From: Candidatus Nomurabacteria bacterium | GTDB taxonomy: Bacteria > Patescibacteriota > Minisyncoccia > Phycocordibacterales > UBA918 | Direction of reading: 5' to 3' | DNA length: 64,000 bases | NCBI GenBank assembly: GCA_020632095.1 | Contig: JACKGF010000002.1 | Coordinates: forward strand, 144,502 to 208,501 | Shown: in pieces, positions 26,123 to 39,123 of the stretch | Position numbering within the stretch: position 1 is the first letter of the stretch | Layout of the letters: the number at the start of each line of letters is the position of its first letter | Notes under the pieces: model-generated | The model's input: the letters and a program-made list of their open reading frames with translations, nothing else | What the model was told of the DNA's origin: nothing | Databases searched by the model: none | Program-made: the position numbers and the translations under genes

Positions 26123-26824
26123 TTAGTACCTTTGTTTAACATTTAGATTATCATTGTAGCGAACTCGAATTAGTACTCGTTTGCCAATAAAAGGAAGTCT
26201 GTCATGTAAAGTAATCATATTATTTACAAACAAAATATCTCCTCTTTGCCAGTTATGACTAACAATTATACTCTCCTCCAAAATTTGGTCTACCAATTTG
26301 TACATTTCCTCTTCTGATATTTCACCTGAACAAATTACTTTATTTGTAATAACTTTAGAACGATACCGTAGTACGCCATCAAAGTCATTCACAACCAAAG
26401 GATATATTACTTTCAATTCTGGATATGCCAAGGCTGAATATTCTATCTTTACTCCCTCTAATTTTGAATTATTGATTACTTTTTGTGCCGCTATTCTCCC
26501 ATCAAATAATCTGGTTTCTCCACCTGACTCTGCTGGTTTGATACAACAAAGTGCAAAATATGGAATAATTCCATCTTGATTTGATATGCCTTCAGAATGT
26601 GCGACTAGGTGTTCGTTACTGCCACTACTTTTTAAATAATGATAACCAACACTGTCACCAAGTGACTGTCCGATAAGAATTGATAGGGATAACATTTTAT
26701 AATTCAATTCCTCATCTTCTTCATCAATTTGCAAAAGTGCCCAACCAGACTTACTCAAATTTTCAAGTAAAAATGGTAATATTTCCTTAGATAAGGATGT
26801 GTTTGATGTAACTACAAGTTTCAT
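26123..26824 (-). CDS. TauD/TfdA-family Fe(II)/2-oxoglutarate-dependent dioxygenase-like
   Basis: LVAHSEGISNQDG...PAESGGETRLFDG...TLHDRLPF resembles TauD HxD...ESGGDTxFxD...H motifs. Confidence 0.5.
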   Translation of the reverse strand: MKLVVTSNTSLSKEILPFLLENLSKSGWALLQIDEEDEELNYKMLSLSILIGQSLGDSVGYHYLKSSGSNEHLVAHSEGISNQDGIIPYFALCCIKPAESGGETRLFDGRIAAQKVINNSKLEGVKIEYSALAYPELKVIYPLVVNDFDGVLRYRSKVITNKVICSGEISEEEMYKLVDQILEESIIVSHNWQRGDILFVNNMITLHDRLPFIGKRVLIRVRYNDNLNVKQRY

Positions 26825-27187
26825 TTCAGTACTCCTGAATTATTAAATTATGAAGGTTCAAAACTATTAGTAGTAATATTATAACTTTTATTTGATGTCA
26901 ACAACAAACGGCTAAGGATTTTTGAGTACCTTCCATAGAGCGTAACTGCCCCACCAAGATTAGCAGTAAGGGAGTCAGAGACGAATTGAGTTTTCATCAA
27001 TACTTCCTCTTCAATATAGATGTTATGGTTCTTGGTACTATACCTATATTAAAAAATACCATAGAAATATAAAAATCAATAGACACAAGAAAGGTGGTTA
27101 TTGGGTTCTTTGATGATTTTACGATTCATATTAAACCTAACACAAAACAGTCCTAGTGTAGTACCTAGAACAGTTTTGGAATCTTGT

Positions 27188-27257
27188 TGCGGGGCCCGGA
27201 ATCGAACCGGGGTCTGGAGGTTATGAGCCTCCCGAGGTGCCTCTCCTCTACCCCGCT
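27188..27257 (-). tRNA. initiator-like tRNA-Met(CAT)
   Basis: AGCGGGGUAGAGGAGAGGCACCUCGGGAGGCUCAUAACCUCCAGACCCCGGUUCGAUUCCGGGCCCCGCA; A1.A72 mismatch and G-C-rich anticodon stem base suggest initiator identity. Confidence 0.7.
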
Positions 27258-27547
27258 ATTAGCTGTATATTCTATTTTACTTCACGTCAGACGAAAGCGT
27301 AAGCTCTCCTCATCTCTACGAGATCTGTACACCTGGTCGCTATTTTTTTCGTTTCCTCAAAAAATTGCTGGCAAGGTCTTGCGAAAGTACCCAGTACTTT
27401 CTCTTCTTACAGAAGCTGTATTATTCTCTACTGGCTACAAACTTAATACTACCTTTACTAATTAAACTTTCAAATTCACTAATGAATGAGATTGAGTAAA
27501 GCTCAGTAATAGTACAAAAAATACACTATTTATTGACTTTTAGCAAC

Positions 27548-28162
27548 CTACAACTCCCCGAACTCGGAGAAAACTCTTTGGTATCGAGAGATGGTTTCCT
27601 CGGCCATTCTTTTAGTTAGGACAAAATCGCTACCAGCGTGAGCTATGTTGTTTCGGACCTTATGGGCTTCCCAAGCATCGTTTAGAGTCGAAAGTTGGTG
27701 CGGTGAAATACTTTTGAGACGTTCGCCAAGTGAACCTCCAGCGTAACCTTTCTTTTTTAAGATTGTATCTAAAATAACATCTGCTTCAATGATAGCTAGT
27801 TTCCAATCATTTGGATTATCTGAAGCTGAGTGTTTCAACACATCGGCCAAACGGTCACTTTTGGCAGCACCACGGTAAGTTTGATCGTATAGTTCCTCTT
27901 GATCCCGAAGAGTCTGGGTAAAAAGGTCAGAATATAATTTATACTTTATACTAGCTACTACATACATCACCAAGAAAATAATACAAACGATAAAAGCCAT
28001 GACTGTATAGACAGTCCAAACCGAGCCTAAAAAATCAAAAAATCCACCAAAAGTATGTGATGACTGTGCACTTTCTACCATTCCAGCTAGGTCAAAATCA
28101 CCGATCCTTGGAGTAACGGTTGAGGTAGCGGTTGAACTGGAAACAATGTTTGCTGGTTGCAT
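27548..28162 (-). CDS. membrane-anchored protein with C-terminal HEPN-like domain (Rx4H)
   Basis: TM helix (VYTVMAFIVCIIFLVMYVVASI), C-terminal helical domain with RNNIAH motif. Confidence 0.35.
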   Translation of the reverse strand: MQPANIVSSSTATSTVTPRIGDFDLAGMVESAQSSHTFGGFFDFLGSVWTVYTVMAFIVCIIFLVMYVVASIKYKLYSDLFTQTLRDQEELYDQTYRGAAKSDRLADVLKHSASDNPNDWKLAIIEADVILDTILKKKGYAGGSLGERLKSISPHQLSTLNDAWEAHKVRNNIAHAGSDFVLTKRMAEETISRYQRVFSEFGEL

Positions 28163-28168
28163 AAGGCG

Positions 28169-29584
28169 CTAGGCGCGCTCGTCATAAACTTTCTTACCGA
28201 TAGCAAAGAGACGAGCATCTCCACCATGAGGTGCAATATATTGTACCCCAACTGGTAATTGTTTTTCATCTCTCTTAACTGTTCCCATAGGAAAAGTCAG
28301 AGCTGGTACTCCAGTGAGGTTGACCGGTACAGTGAAGATATCTTGTCGATACATAGCTAGCGGGTCAGATTTTTCACCTAGTTTAAAGGCTGGGGTGGGA
28401 GCAGTCGGGGTCAAAATAATATCCACTTCAGCAAAAACTTTGGCTAGTTCAGCCCGCATTTTTTTGCGCACTAATTCAGCCTTTCCGTAGTAGGCGTCAT
28501 AATAACCAGACGAAAGGACGTGAGTTCCAAGCAAAATTCGACGCTTTACTTCGGCCCCAAATCCTTCAGCCCGAGATTTTTCGTAAATGTCTAGCAGAAC
28601 GTCTCCTTTAGCTGAGTGTCCATAGCGAATACCATCATAACGAGCTAGGTTAGAAGAAACTTCAGCTGGCATTACAATATAATAAGCAGCCAAACCTTGC
28701 TCAAAGAGTGGTAGTTCAATACCTACCACTTTGTGTCCAGCCGCCTTAAGGGCTTCAATATGTTCATCAAAAGCTTTGAGAACATCTTCATCTACCCCAT
28801 CAGCTAAGAAATGTTTAGGCACGCCGAAGGTGTAGGTTTCTTTGATTTCAACTTTTGGATAAGTAGTATCAGAAATGGTGGTGGCATCCATATCGTCCTG
28901 ACCTGCCATCACATTATGGATTAGCTCTACATCAGCCACTGAGTTGGTCAGCGGACCAGCCTGATCCAAGGAAGACCCCATCGCCATTAGCCCATAACGA
29001 GACACAGCGCCGTAGGTGGGCTTAAAACCAACTAAACCACAGTAGCTAGCTGGTTGACGAATCGAACCACCAGTATCAGTACCGATAGCCGCTGGTACTG
29101 CCCCCATCGCTACTGCAGCGGCCGAACCACCAGACGAACCCCCTGGCACTCTTAAGGTATCAACCGGGTTCTTGGTTGGACCAAAGGCTGAGTTTTCAGT
29201 TGAACCACCCATCGCAAATTCATCCATGTTGGTAGCACCAATAAAAATCGCTCCAGCGGCTTTGAGTCGCTTCACAATGGTAGCGTCATAAACCGCTGTG
29301 TAGTTTTCGAGAATTTTTGAAGAACCGGTAGCTTTTCGTCCTTTAACTAAAATATTGTTCTTGAGAGCAAAAGGGATACCGAGGAGAGCTGGTGTCTCTT
29401 GACCATTTTTAGCATATTCAGCAGTAGCCAGTTTAGCTTCTTCTTTAGCATCTTCATAGACATCCAGAAAAGCGTGAATTTCGCCATCTTGCGCTTTAAT
29501 CACTTGCAGTGAATGTTCGACCGCTTCGGTCGGTGTATAGGTGCCAGCAATAAATTTGGCTCTTAGTTCAGTAACAGTTTCCAT
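28169..29584 (-). CDS. gatA: Glu-tRNA(Gln)/Asp-tRNA(Asn) amidotransferase subunit A
   Basis: amidase signature GGSSGGSAAAVA, catalytic Ser/Lys context. Confidence 0.95.
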   Translation of the reverse strand: METVTELRAKFIAGTYTPTEAVEHSLQVIKAQDGEIHAFLDVYEDAKEEAKLATAEYAKNGQETPALLGIPFALKNNILVKGRKATGSSKILENYTAVYDATIVKRLKAAGAIFIGATNMDEFAMGGSTENSAFGPTKNPVDTLRVPGGSSGGSAAAVAMGAVPAAIGTDTGGSIRQPASYCGLVGFKPTYGAVSRYGLMAMGSSLDQAGPLTNSVADVELIHNVMAGQDDMDATTISDTTYPKVEIKETYTFGVPKHFLADGVDEDVLKAFDEHIEALKAAGHKVVGIELPLFEQGLAAYYIVMPAEVSSNLARYDGIRYGHSAKGDVLLDIYEKSRAEGFGAEVKRRILLGTHVLSSGYYDAYYGKAELVRKKMRAELAKVFAEVDIILTPTAPTPAFKLGEKSDPLAMYRQDIFTVPVNLTGVPALTFPMGTVKRDEKQLPVGVQYIAPHGGDARLFAIGKKVYDERA

Positions 29585-29585
29585 A

Positions 29586-29891
29586 TTAGTTGTCGGTTTG
29601 TAAAATTTTCTTAACGGACAAAAATCTTCCCTCTGAGTTCGGCATTTCGGCGATTATATCCTTGGTAAATTCATCAGGTTGGTTGGTAATTTCATCTTGT
29701 CGGAATACGTTGTAAACCGCACCCACTTTGGGCTCAGCTTCAGCATCATCTCCAGCAATATCACTTACCACACTAACGTAAGACATAATTGAAGAAAGTT
29801 CAGTTTCAAAGTGAGACAGTTCTTCTTCAGTCAAACGAATCCGAGCCAATAAGGCCAAATGTTCAATATCTGCTCTTTTCATATCGGTCAT
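29586..29891 (-). CDS. gatC: amidotransferase subunit C
   Basis: about 100-aa acidic protein immediately upstream of gatA, LARIRLTEEEL pattern. Confidence 0.75.
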   Translation of the reverse strand: MTDMKRADIEHLALLARIRLTEEELSHFETELSSIMSYVSVVSDIAGDDAEAEPKVGAVYNVFRQDEITNQPDEFTKDIIAEMPNSEGRFLSVKKILQTDN

Positions 29892-29910
29892 AATACCATC
29901 ATCATTCTTT

Positions 29911-32516
<2,606 letters not shown>

Positions 32517-32519
32517 AAA

Positions 32520-33113
32520 CTAACTACCAAAAATATTAAACAAGTAGGTTTCAACGACAGCCTCCTGAACATCACGCCTTGAACCAGCCCGCCAATAAAC
32601 TCTTGATTTGACCAACACTGAACCAGTGCCGATTTTTTGAAAAGTTATTACTCTGGTATAAATAGTTTTAGTAGCATTTGCTGTTGTGTAAGTATAACGT
32701 GAACGACCATTAGAATCGTTGTAGTAAAGATTGCAAGCTGCCCCAGTTGAACCACAGGAAACCGGAGCCTTAACCCCACCGACGTTATTAGTATACAACT
32801 CCAAACCACAGCCGTTAGAATTGTAACAAGGAGAAAATGTACCAGATGTATTTGTAAAGTTATTCCAAGCGGTTTGTGGCAATAAAGGTGGTGTAAAATT
32901 CTTTAACAGTAGATCATCCCGTGCCTTTTGAGCAATCTCAACCCCTTCTTGAGCTAAGAAAAAAGCTGCTACTTGCTCACTGGAAAAACTAGTACTATTG
33001 GCTGCCTTAGAACTAATAGACATCGGACTAACAATCACAATCAATAAAATTGATACAGCCACCAATGTTTCAACCAGACTAAAGCCAGAATTTTTTAAGT
33101 TAAGTTTTTTCAT
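32520..33113 (-). CDS. type IV minor pilin/pseudopilin
   Basis: NSGFSLVETLVAVSILLIVIV prepilin-type N-methylation domain. Confidence 0.7.
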   Translation of the reverse strand: MKKLNLKNSGFSLVETLVAVSILLIVIVSPMSISSKAANSTSFSSEQVAAFFLAQEGVEIAQKARDDLLLKNFTPPLLPQTAWNNFTNTSGTFSPCYNSNGCGLELYTNNVGGVKAPVSCGSTGAACNLYYNDSNGRSRYTYTTANATKTIYTRVITFQKIGTGSVLVKSRVYWRAGSRRDVQEAVVETYLFNIFGS

Positions 33114-33814
33114 ATATCTAACGTACGCTGTGTTACCGTAGTCTGAATCTGATAGGTTTTAGAAGTCAAATTATTAGCTTCTTTAGCTTCAATAAAAATT
33201 GTTACGGAAGGCTGATCTTCATAAGTAGCCCCACTACCAGCACTTAGTTCATTGCTGCCTGATACAAAAAACTCTGCTTTAGTAATATAAATTCCTGAAG
33301 AGGTAACTGGTTCTGGAACATCGTCACCTACTCTACGCATTATTTTTCCTTGATTAGCACTCCCTGAAACATTATCAAAATAGTAAAGAATTCTAGACCT
33401 TGAGGCTCCAGTAATACTACTGCCTGACTCTTCAAAAGATATTCCCTGTAATTTATCACTTCCACCAGCACCTAAATAACAATCATTTACGCTATCATTC
33501 AATGATTCCTGACTATCAGAAATATCAAAAATAGCCTGTGATCCACCGGCGCTATAATTTGGTCTACCGGCACAGTAATAGTTAGTTCCTGTTCTAATCT
33601 CTCTAGTCATACTATCAAGAGCGAAAGATAAGTTGGTCATAACGCTTTGTTCATCTTGTAGTTGTTCATTTGATGACACTAACACCAGTAACGCCCCGAC
33701 AGAAACTGTCACCACCACTGAAAACAAGGCCAATGAAACAATAATCTCTATCAGACTGAAACCAGATTGTAAATACGAATCATTAACCATGTTTATATTA
33801 TACTTCACTAACAT
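33110..33814 (-). CDS. type IV minor pilin/pseudopilin
   Basis: SGFSLIEIIVSLALFSVVVTV prepilin N-terminus. Confidence 0.7.
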   Translation of the reverse strand: MLVKYNINMVNDSYLQSGFSLIEIIVSLALFSVVVTVSVGALLVLVSSNEQLQDEQSVMTNLSFALDSMTREIRTGTNYYCAGRPNYSAGGSQAIFDISDSQESLNDSVNDCYLGAGGSDKLQGISFEESGSSITGASRSRILYYFDNVSGSANQGKIMRRVGDDVPEPVTSSGIYITKAEFFVSGSNELSAGSGATYEDQPSVTIFIEAKEANNLTSKTYQIQTTVTQRTLDI

Positions 33815-34434
33815 CCCTTTACCGAGATTTGTCCAGTCTTGGTAATTTCAACCGTACGTATCTGTCCGCACCCTGTACCAACAGCGCCTTTAGGTGAAAT
33901 ATCAATTTCCACACCTGAAGTATTGACTTCATTTCCTGAATCATCAAAAAAACGAGCGTCGAAATTTGGTCGTACAAACACCACAGCTAAATCACTCCCT
34001 AAATCAGCTCCAGCAGCATCTCTAAACTCTACAAATTGAAATCTTTTATCCAAAAAGCCCTGCTTACCAAACTCTTCACCTGCATCAAAAAATCCATCAC
34101 TGTCTGCGTCTCTAAAAATTTTATACAATGAAGCGTTTCCGGTACTCTTGTCAAAATATATTCCCTGCACTGAACGGAAGTTACCTAGACTAGCATCGGC
34201 TGATGCACTTACAGCATTGAGCTGTATTTCCCGAGTTTGAAACGCTATCTCATAGGCCTGTCCTCTTAATAAGACCGCGCTATTAAAAGAATTTTGCCTA
34301 ACCAATACTACCCCCATAACCAGGGTTACAACAGTGATACTGATCAACAACTCAATTAAACCAAAACCGGCTGCACCGTTAACACGACTCAGCTTACGAA
34401 GATTTTTATATTGAGCTAAAAAGTTCCAAAACAT
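33808..34434 (-). CDS. type IV minor pilin/pseudopilin
   Basis: GFGLIELLISITVVTLVMGVV prepilin N-terminus. Confidence 0.65.
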   Translation of the reverse strand: MFWNFLAQYKNLRKLSRVNGAAGFGLIELLISITVVTLVMGVVLVRQNSFNSAVLLRGQAYEIAFQTREIQLNAVSASADASLGNFRSVQGIYFDKSTGNASLYKIFRDADSDGFFDAGEEFGKQGFLDKRFQFVEFRDAAGADLGSDLAVVFVRPNFDARFFDDSGNEVNTSGVEIDISPKGAVGTGCGQIRTVEITKTGQISVKGC

Positions 34435-35242
34435 TAAAATGTGTAAATAAGACTACTAGACTACTAGCTACCAAAAATGGAGCAAATGGTACAGCACTTT
34501 TCATTGTAAGGTTTGTTGACACTAAATGTAAGTGGGCTTTTCCCCTGTTCATTTTTTCATAACCAATAATCGTGAGACTAACAGCCGCACCAATCCAAAA
34601 CGATAAAACCACGAAAGAAAAAACTAATTTGGCACCCACCACGAGACCTAACGGAAAAGCCAATTTAACATCCCCAAAGCCTAGCCACTTTCCTTTTGAT
34701 AACACCCACAAAAACAAAAAAAAGCCTGAACCACCAAGTGCCGCCAAAACATTAGTTATCATGACTGACTGGTCAGTCTGGAAGATAAAATAATCATAGG
34801 CAGACAAAAGACAAACTGCGCAGGTAAGAACTAGAGTCAACGAATCCGGAATAATATAATGATAGTAATCGTAAACAGTAATCACCACCAATACCGCTAA
34901 CATAAACCAAAACAAACCAATAGTAAGTAAGTCGTAAGTAAGGGTTAATGTTAGAGCAAATAATAACCCAGTAGCCAACTCTACCCAAAAGTATCTACTA
35001 GTAATGTGACAACCACAGACCCGACAACGTCCCCGCAGAAATAGGTACGATAACAAAGGGAACAAATCATACCACTTGAGCGGATAAGCACACGAGAGAC
35101 AATGAGAATGCCCAGACAGAGACTTACCAGTATGAAAACGGTAAATATAGACATTAAGAAAACTGCCAATAATTACTCCAAAGCCAAAAGCCACTAAATA
35201 TAACCACCAGGCTGGGACAAATAAAGTTTCGAGAGAAAACAT
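34406..35242 (-). CDS. pilD: prepilin peptidase (A24 family)
   Basis: N-terminal tetracysteine CLSC...CRVCGC zinc motif plus polytopic membrane domain. Confidence 0.85.
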   Translation of the reverse strand: MFSLETLFVPAWWLYLVAFGFGVIIGSFLNVYIYRFHTGKSLSGHSHCLSCAYPLKWYDLFPLLSYLFLRGRCRVCGCHITSRYFWVELATGLLFALTLTLTYDLLTIGLFWFMLAVLVVITVYDYYHYIIPDSLTLVLTCAVCLLSAYDYFIFQTDQSVMITNVLAALGGSGFFLFLWVLSKGKWLGFGDVKLAFPLGLVVGAKLVFSFVVLSFWIGAAVSLTIIGYEKMNRGKAHLHLVSTNLTMKSAVPFAPFLVASSLVVLFTHFNVLELFSSI

Positions 35243-35245
35243 AAT

Positions 35246-35686
35246 TTATGGACAAGCGTACTCAGCTGGACTAATAGCCAAGGCGTTCGGAATTTTTTTT
35301 CTAACACCATTACTATCGACACACCAATGCTCAGTAGTATTAATTGGAACTGATACCGCATATTCCTGGGTCTGACTATTGCAAGTGACTGTATCACCGG
35401 TAAATAATTCGATAGCAGCTATTTGCTCGGCGATTGAGGTTGCTTGAGTAAAACCATTACTACCACAAACAACATCATAAGTAAGTGATTTTGACTCTTC
35501 TATCGCTGCTCTTTTACCCACCACCGTAAGTTCTGAGATTGTCTTTGTCTCTAGTCCTTCTTCTGTGGCGTTCTGTAAACGAGACAAAATAACTGATGCT
35601 AAAATACCAATAATAGCGATTACTATTAATAATTCTACTAAAGTAAAAGCTTTCTCTGAGAATGTCATCTTAGTATTATAATACAT
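35246..35686 (-). CDS. type IV pilin
   Basis: FTLVELLIVIAIIGILASVIL N-terminal helix, C-terminal Cys pair. Confidence 0.7.
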   Translation of the reverse strand: MYYNTKMTFSEKAFTLVELLIVIAIIGILASVILSRLQNATEEGLETKTISELTVVGKRAAIEESKSLTYDVVCGSNGFTQATSIAEQIAAIELFTGDTVTCNSQTQEYAVSVPINTTEHWCVDSNGVRKKIPNALAISPAEYACP

Positions 35687-35756
35687 TTACTTACTGAATT
35701 TTTAACTACTAACAAAAAAGCGCCTGAAGGCGCTTTTTTGTTAACCGATATTGTGA

Positions 35757-36242
35757 TTATTGGCAAGTGTAATCATTAGCAACAGGAGCAGCCGATATCT
35801 GAGCTGATACACCTGTACTATCTACACACCAGAACTCTGCCACACTAGCAAGCGGAGAAACGGCAACGTACCTAGTTTCGTCACTTCGACAAGCAGCAGT
35901 TCGTCCAGAAGCTGGACCAAGAATAGTATTAGCTCCAACAGCAGAGTTAATTCCATGAGTACTAGCCACATAAGCCGTACCATTTACCACTTTTACAGCT
36001 GCGTCAAGCAATTTTTTAGTAGAGGTTGCGCTACATACATTTAAATATGAGTAACCGTCGGCGTTATAAACCAACTCGGCCTGAGCTCGAATATTTGCCA
36101 CTGACTGTTTGATAGAAGCATCTTGTCCACCACTTCTAGCGTCGTTTAGTGAACCGAGCACTACCGCTGCTAGAATACCGATAATCGCGATTACTACAAG
36201 GAGTTCAATAAGAGTGAAGCCCTGTTGAAATGTTTTTTTCAT
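35757..36242 (-). CDS. pilA: type IV major pilin
   Basis: MKKTFQQGFTLIELLVVIAIIGILAAVVL; C-terminal disulfide loop; own terminator/promoter region upstream. Confidence 0.75.
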   Translation of the reverse strand: MKKTFQQGFTLIELLVVIAIIGILAAVVLGSLNDARSGGQDASIKQSVANIRAQAELVYNADGYSYLNVCSATSTKKLLDAAVKVVNGTAYVASTHGINSAVGANTILGPASGRTAACRSDETRYVAVSPLASVAEFWCVDSTGVSAQISAAPVANDYTCQ

Positions 36243-36449
36243 AAAATAAATTAAACTGATTTGTTAATTACACTTTTCAGATATCAGCTGCGTATCTGAA
36301 AAATGTTCCTCTCGTTGTACGAGACTTTCTTTATTATACGACTTTATGATTTTTTTTTATCAGCCCTTGGGGAAAACTTGACAAAATTTATAAATCAAAA
36401 CAAAACTACCCTGCGGTAGTTTTGTAAAACTCTATCCAAATAACAAATC

Positions 36450-37667
36450 CTAAAAGGCACTCGACATATTGTAGATTGGCATCAAAACCGAAGCCAACAG
36501 AACCCCTACTCCCAGACCAAGCAGCACAATCATTGCTGGCTCAATCAGCCCAATCAGAGTATCAACAGCGTTATTTACTTCGCGACGATAAAATACGGAG
36601 AGAGTATTCAAAATCTGACCCAGACTACCAGTCTCCTCTCCAACCCGAGCCATCTGAGACAACACCCCAGGGATCATAGGCGATTCAGCTATCGAATCTG
36701 CAAACGAACGCCCACCCTTAACTTCGAGTAGTGCTGTTTCGATAATCTCTTTAAAGACTGTATTATCAACCACGTCAGCGGTCACCTCGAGTGATTGTAT
36801 GATCGAAACTCCACTATCAAGCATCGTCGCCATGTTATCACAAATTCGAGTTAACAATATTTTTTTCTGCAAATCACCAAAGTATGGGATTGATAACAAA
36901 AACTCATCAATCATCCGTATCCCAACATCAGTTCTAGAAAAACGCCAAAACATGATTCCTCCTATTAGCAAAACAAACGCTATAACCACTATGTAATTGA
37001 CTAAGAAATCAGACGCCCCGATTACAATTCTAGTGTAGATAGGTAATTCTTGACCAGCGTTAATCAAAATTTCAGCAATACTAGGAATAACCAGAGTAAG
37101 CATTAATCCCATTACTACGAAGAAAATAGAGATAACGAAAGCGGGATAAATTAGAGCATTCCTAGCTTTAGAAGTCACCTCATATTGTCTATCCAGATAA
37201 TCAGCTAAGTAGGCAAAAGATTTTTCTAGCGATCCAGATTCCTCACCAGCCCTGACCAAGTTTACATAAAACGAAGAAAAAATATCTGGGTGAGCAGCCA
37301 AAGCCCGTGAGATAGAACTACCGGCTTGAAGATCTTCGACGATGATATTCATCGCCTTGCGCAATTGCTCGTTCTCAACTTCAGCAGACAACAGTCGAAA
37401 AATTCGAAGCGGTGATACTTGAGCTTGAAACAAAGTAGAAATCTGTCGTGACATAATCACAACGTCCTTTGTAGACACCTGATTAAACATTGATAATTCA
37501 ATGTTTAACATCCCCATCACCCCACTATCGCTACCAGTTTCATCAATCGAAACAATAGTGTAGCCTCGTTTCTGTATAGCAGAAATCGCCGCGTCTACTG
37601 AAGGAGCTTCTACAGTACCTTCGCGCTGTATATTTGAAGGATCAATAGCTTTATAGTTGAAGAGCAT
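36450..37667 (-). CDS. pilC: type IV pilus platform protein (GspF/PilC family)
   Basis: two T2SSF domains, 3 TM helices. Confidence 0.85.
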   Translation of the reverse strand: MLFNYKAIDPSNIQREGTVEAPSVDAAISAIQKRGYTIVSIDETGSDSGVMGMLNIELSMFNQVSTKDVVIMSRQISTLFQAQVSPLRIFRLLSAEVENEQLRKAMNIIVEDLQAGSSISRALAAHPDIFSSFYVNLVRAGEESGSLEKSFAYLADYLDRQYEVTSKARNALIYPAFVISIFFVVMGLMLTLVIPSIAEILINAGQELPIYTRIVIGASDFLVNYIVVIAFVLLIGGIMFWRFSRTDVGIRMIDEFLLSIPYFGDLQKKILLTRICDNMATMLDSGVSIIQSLEVTADVVDNTVFKEIIETALLEVKGGRSFADSIAESPMIPGVLSQMARVGEETGSLGQILNTLSVFYRREVNNAVDTLIGLIEPAMIVLLGLGVGVLLASVLMPIYNMSSAF

Positions 37668-37676
37668 ATATAAAAA

Positions 37677-38744
37677 TTAAATAAGACGTTCCAGTCCTTT
37701 TGGATTTACAGCGTAAGTAAAAGCACTTTCTACGGTAATATCACCATTCTGCACCAACCTGGCTAACGAACGATTCATATCAATCATACCTTGATCTAGA
37801 CCAGTCTCAATCACTGACGGAATTTCATGGATACGGTTGTCTCGAATTAGGTTACTAACCGCTGTATTATTAATAAGTAATTCATAAGCTGGAACCAACC
37901 CGCCAGCAATATGTGGAATCAATCTTTGTGAGAATATTGCAATCAAAGAACCAGCCAACTGGACCCTAATCTGACCTTGCTGATCACCTGGGAAAGAGTC
38001 AACAATACGACTGATAGTCTGAGCCGCATCATTGGTGTGAAGAGTAGAATAAACCAAGTGTCCAGTTTCAGCCGCTGTCACTGCCGCCGCAATAGTCTCA
38101 GGATTACGCATCTCCCCCACTAAAATCACGTCTACATCTTGACGAAAGGCCGCATTAAGAGCTGTTTCAAAGTTCTTGGAGTCAATACCAATCTCTCGCT
38201 GATCAATTAAAGACTTTTCCTCTTGGTATACGTATTCAATCGGATCCTCAATTGTAACAATGTGTTCAGCTCTGGTTTTGTTGATAGTGTTAACCATAGC
38301 CGCCAAAGTTGTAGACTTACCTTGTCCAACTGGTCCCACACACAAAAAGAAACCTTGTGATCTTTGGGTAAAACTTTCAAGAATTGGTGGTAACTTCAAT
38401 TCTTCGTAAGTCCTGATTACATTTGGAATCAATCTAAGAGCAATACCCATCTTGCCCCGCTGATGAAAAGCATTACCACGAAAACGAACGCCGCTAGTAT
38501 TCTCAAAAGAAAAGTCAATTTCGTTATAGCCTAGATAATGAGTAAACTGGTCCTCTCGCATCAAAATCTTTATAAAAGCAGCCACATCAGAATCAGTTAA
38601 GATTGGTTTCTTTACCAAAGGAATCAAAGTTCCTGATACTCTGATCAAAGGATGTGAACCTACTGAGAGATGGATGTCGGAGGCTTTTTCTTGAATAACC
38701 AACTCAATCAATGCTCCTAATTCTCGTTTGTAATCTACTGACAT
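37677..38744 (-). CDS. pilT: twitching-motility retraction ATPase
   Basis: about 355 aa, Walker A GPVGQGKSTT, Asp box, His box (TLHT). Confidence 0.85.
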   Translation of the reverse strand: MSVDYKRELGALIELVIQEKASDIHLSVGSHPLIRVSGTLIPLVKKPILTDSDVAAFIKILMREDQFTHYLGYNEIDFSFENTSGVRFRGNAFHQRGKMGIALRLIPNVIRTYEELKLPPILESFTQRSQGFFLCVGPVGQGKSTTLAAMVNTINKTRAEHIVTIEDPIEYVYQEEKSLIDQREIGIDSKNFETALNAAFRQDVDVILVGEMRNPETIAAAVTAAETGHLVYSTLHTNDAAQTISRIVDSFPGDQQGQIRVQLAGSLIAIFSQRLIPHIAGGLVPAYELLINNTAVSNLIRDNRIHEIPSVIETGLDQGMIDMNRSLARLVQNGDITVESAFTYAVNPKGLERLI

Positions 38745-38751
38745 ATAATTA

Positions 38752-39123
38752 TTATTTAGTTTTAGCTAACTCCTCAACTTTTTTAACTACATCACTAGGA
38801 ATTGATTCAGACTTAATAATGTAACCCATTGCTCCAGCTTCAGTTGTTTCTTTTATATCTTCAGACTGGCCTTGATTTGAGAGTACGATACACTTGGCTT
38901 TCAAACCAACAAATTGTTGCTTGATCTCCTTAATCAATTCTACCCCTGACATACCTGGCATAATCATATCAAGTAAGATTAAGTCAAAATCCTGATTTTT
39001 TTCAATTTTTAACAAGGCCGCTGAAGCACCGTCAGCTTCTTCCACCTCAAACCCACTTTCAGAAAATTTTTTTGCATACATCTCGCGCAAAAAGACATCA
39101 TCATCTACCAGAAGTAATTTCAT
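38752..39123 (-). CDS. single-domain response regulator (CheY-like receiver)
   Basis: LLVDDD..DLILLDMIMPGMSG..K receiver motifs; overlaps pilB stop by 23 nt. Confidence 0.75.
   Translation of the reverse strand: MKLLLVDDDVFLREMYAKKFSESGFEVEEADGASAALLKIEKNQDFDLILLDMIMPGMSGVELIKEIKQQFVGLKAKCIVLSNQGQSEDIKETTEAGAMGYIIKSESIPSDVVKKVEELAKTK

Noticed and set aside
27184-27465. 93-aa plus-strand ORF
   Set aside because: It begins inside the initiator-like tRNA gene (27188-27257) and reads the tRNA antisense.
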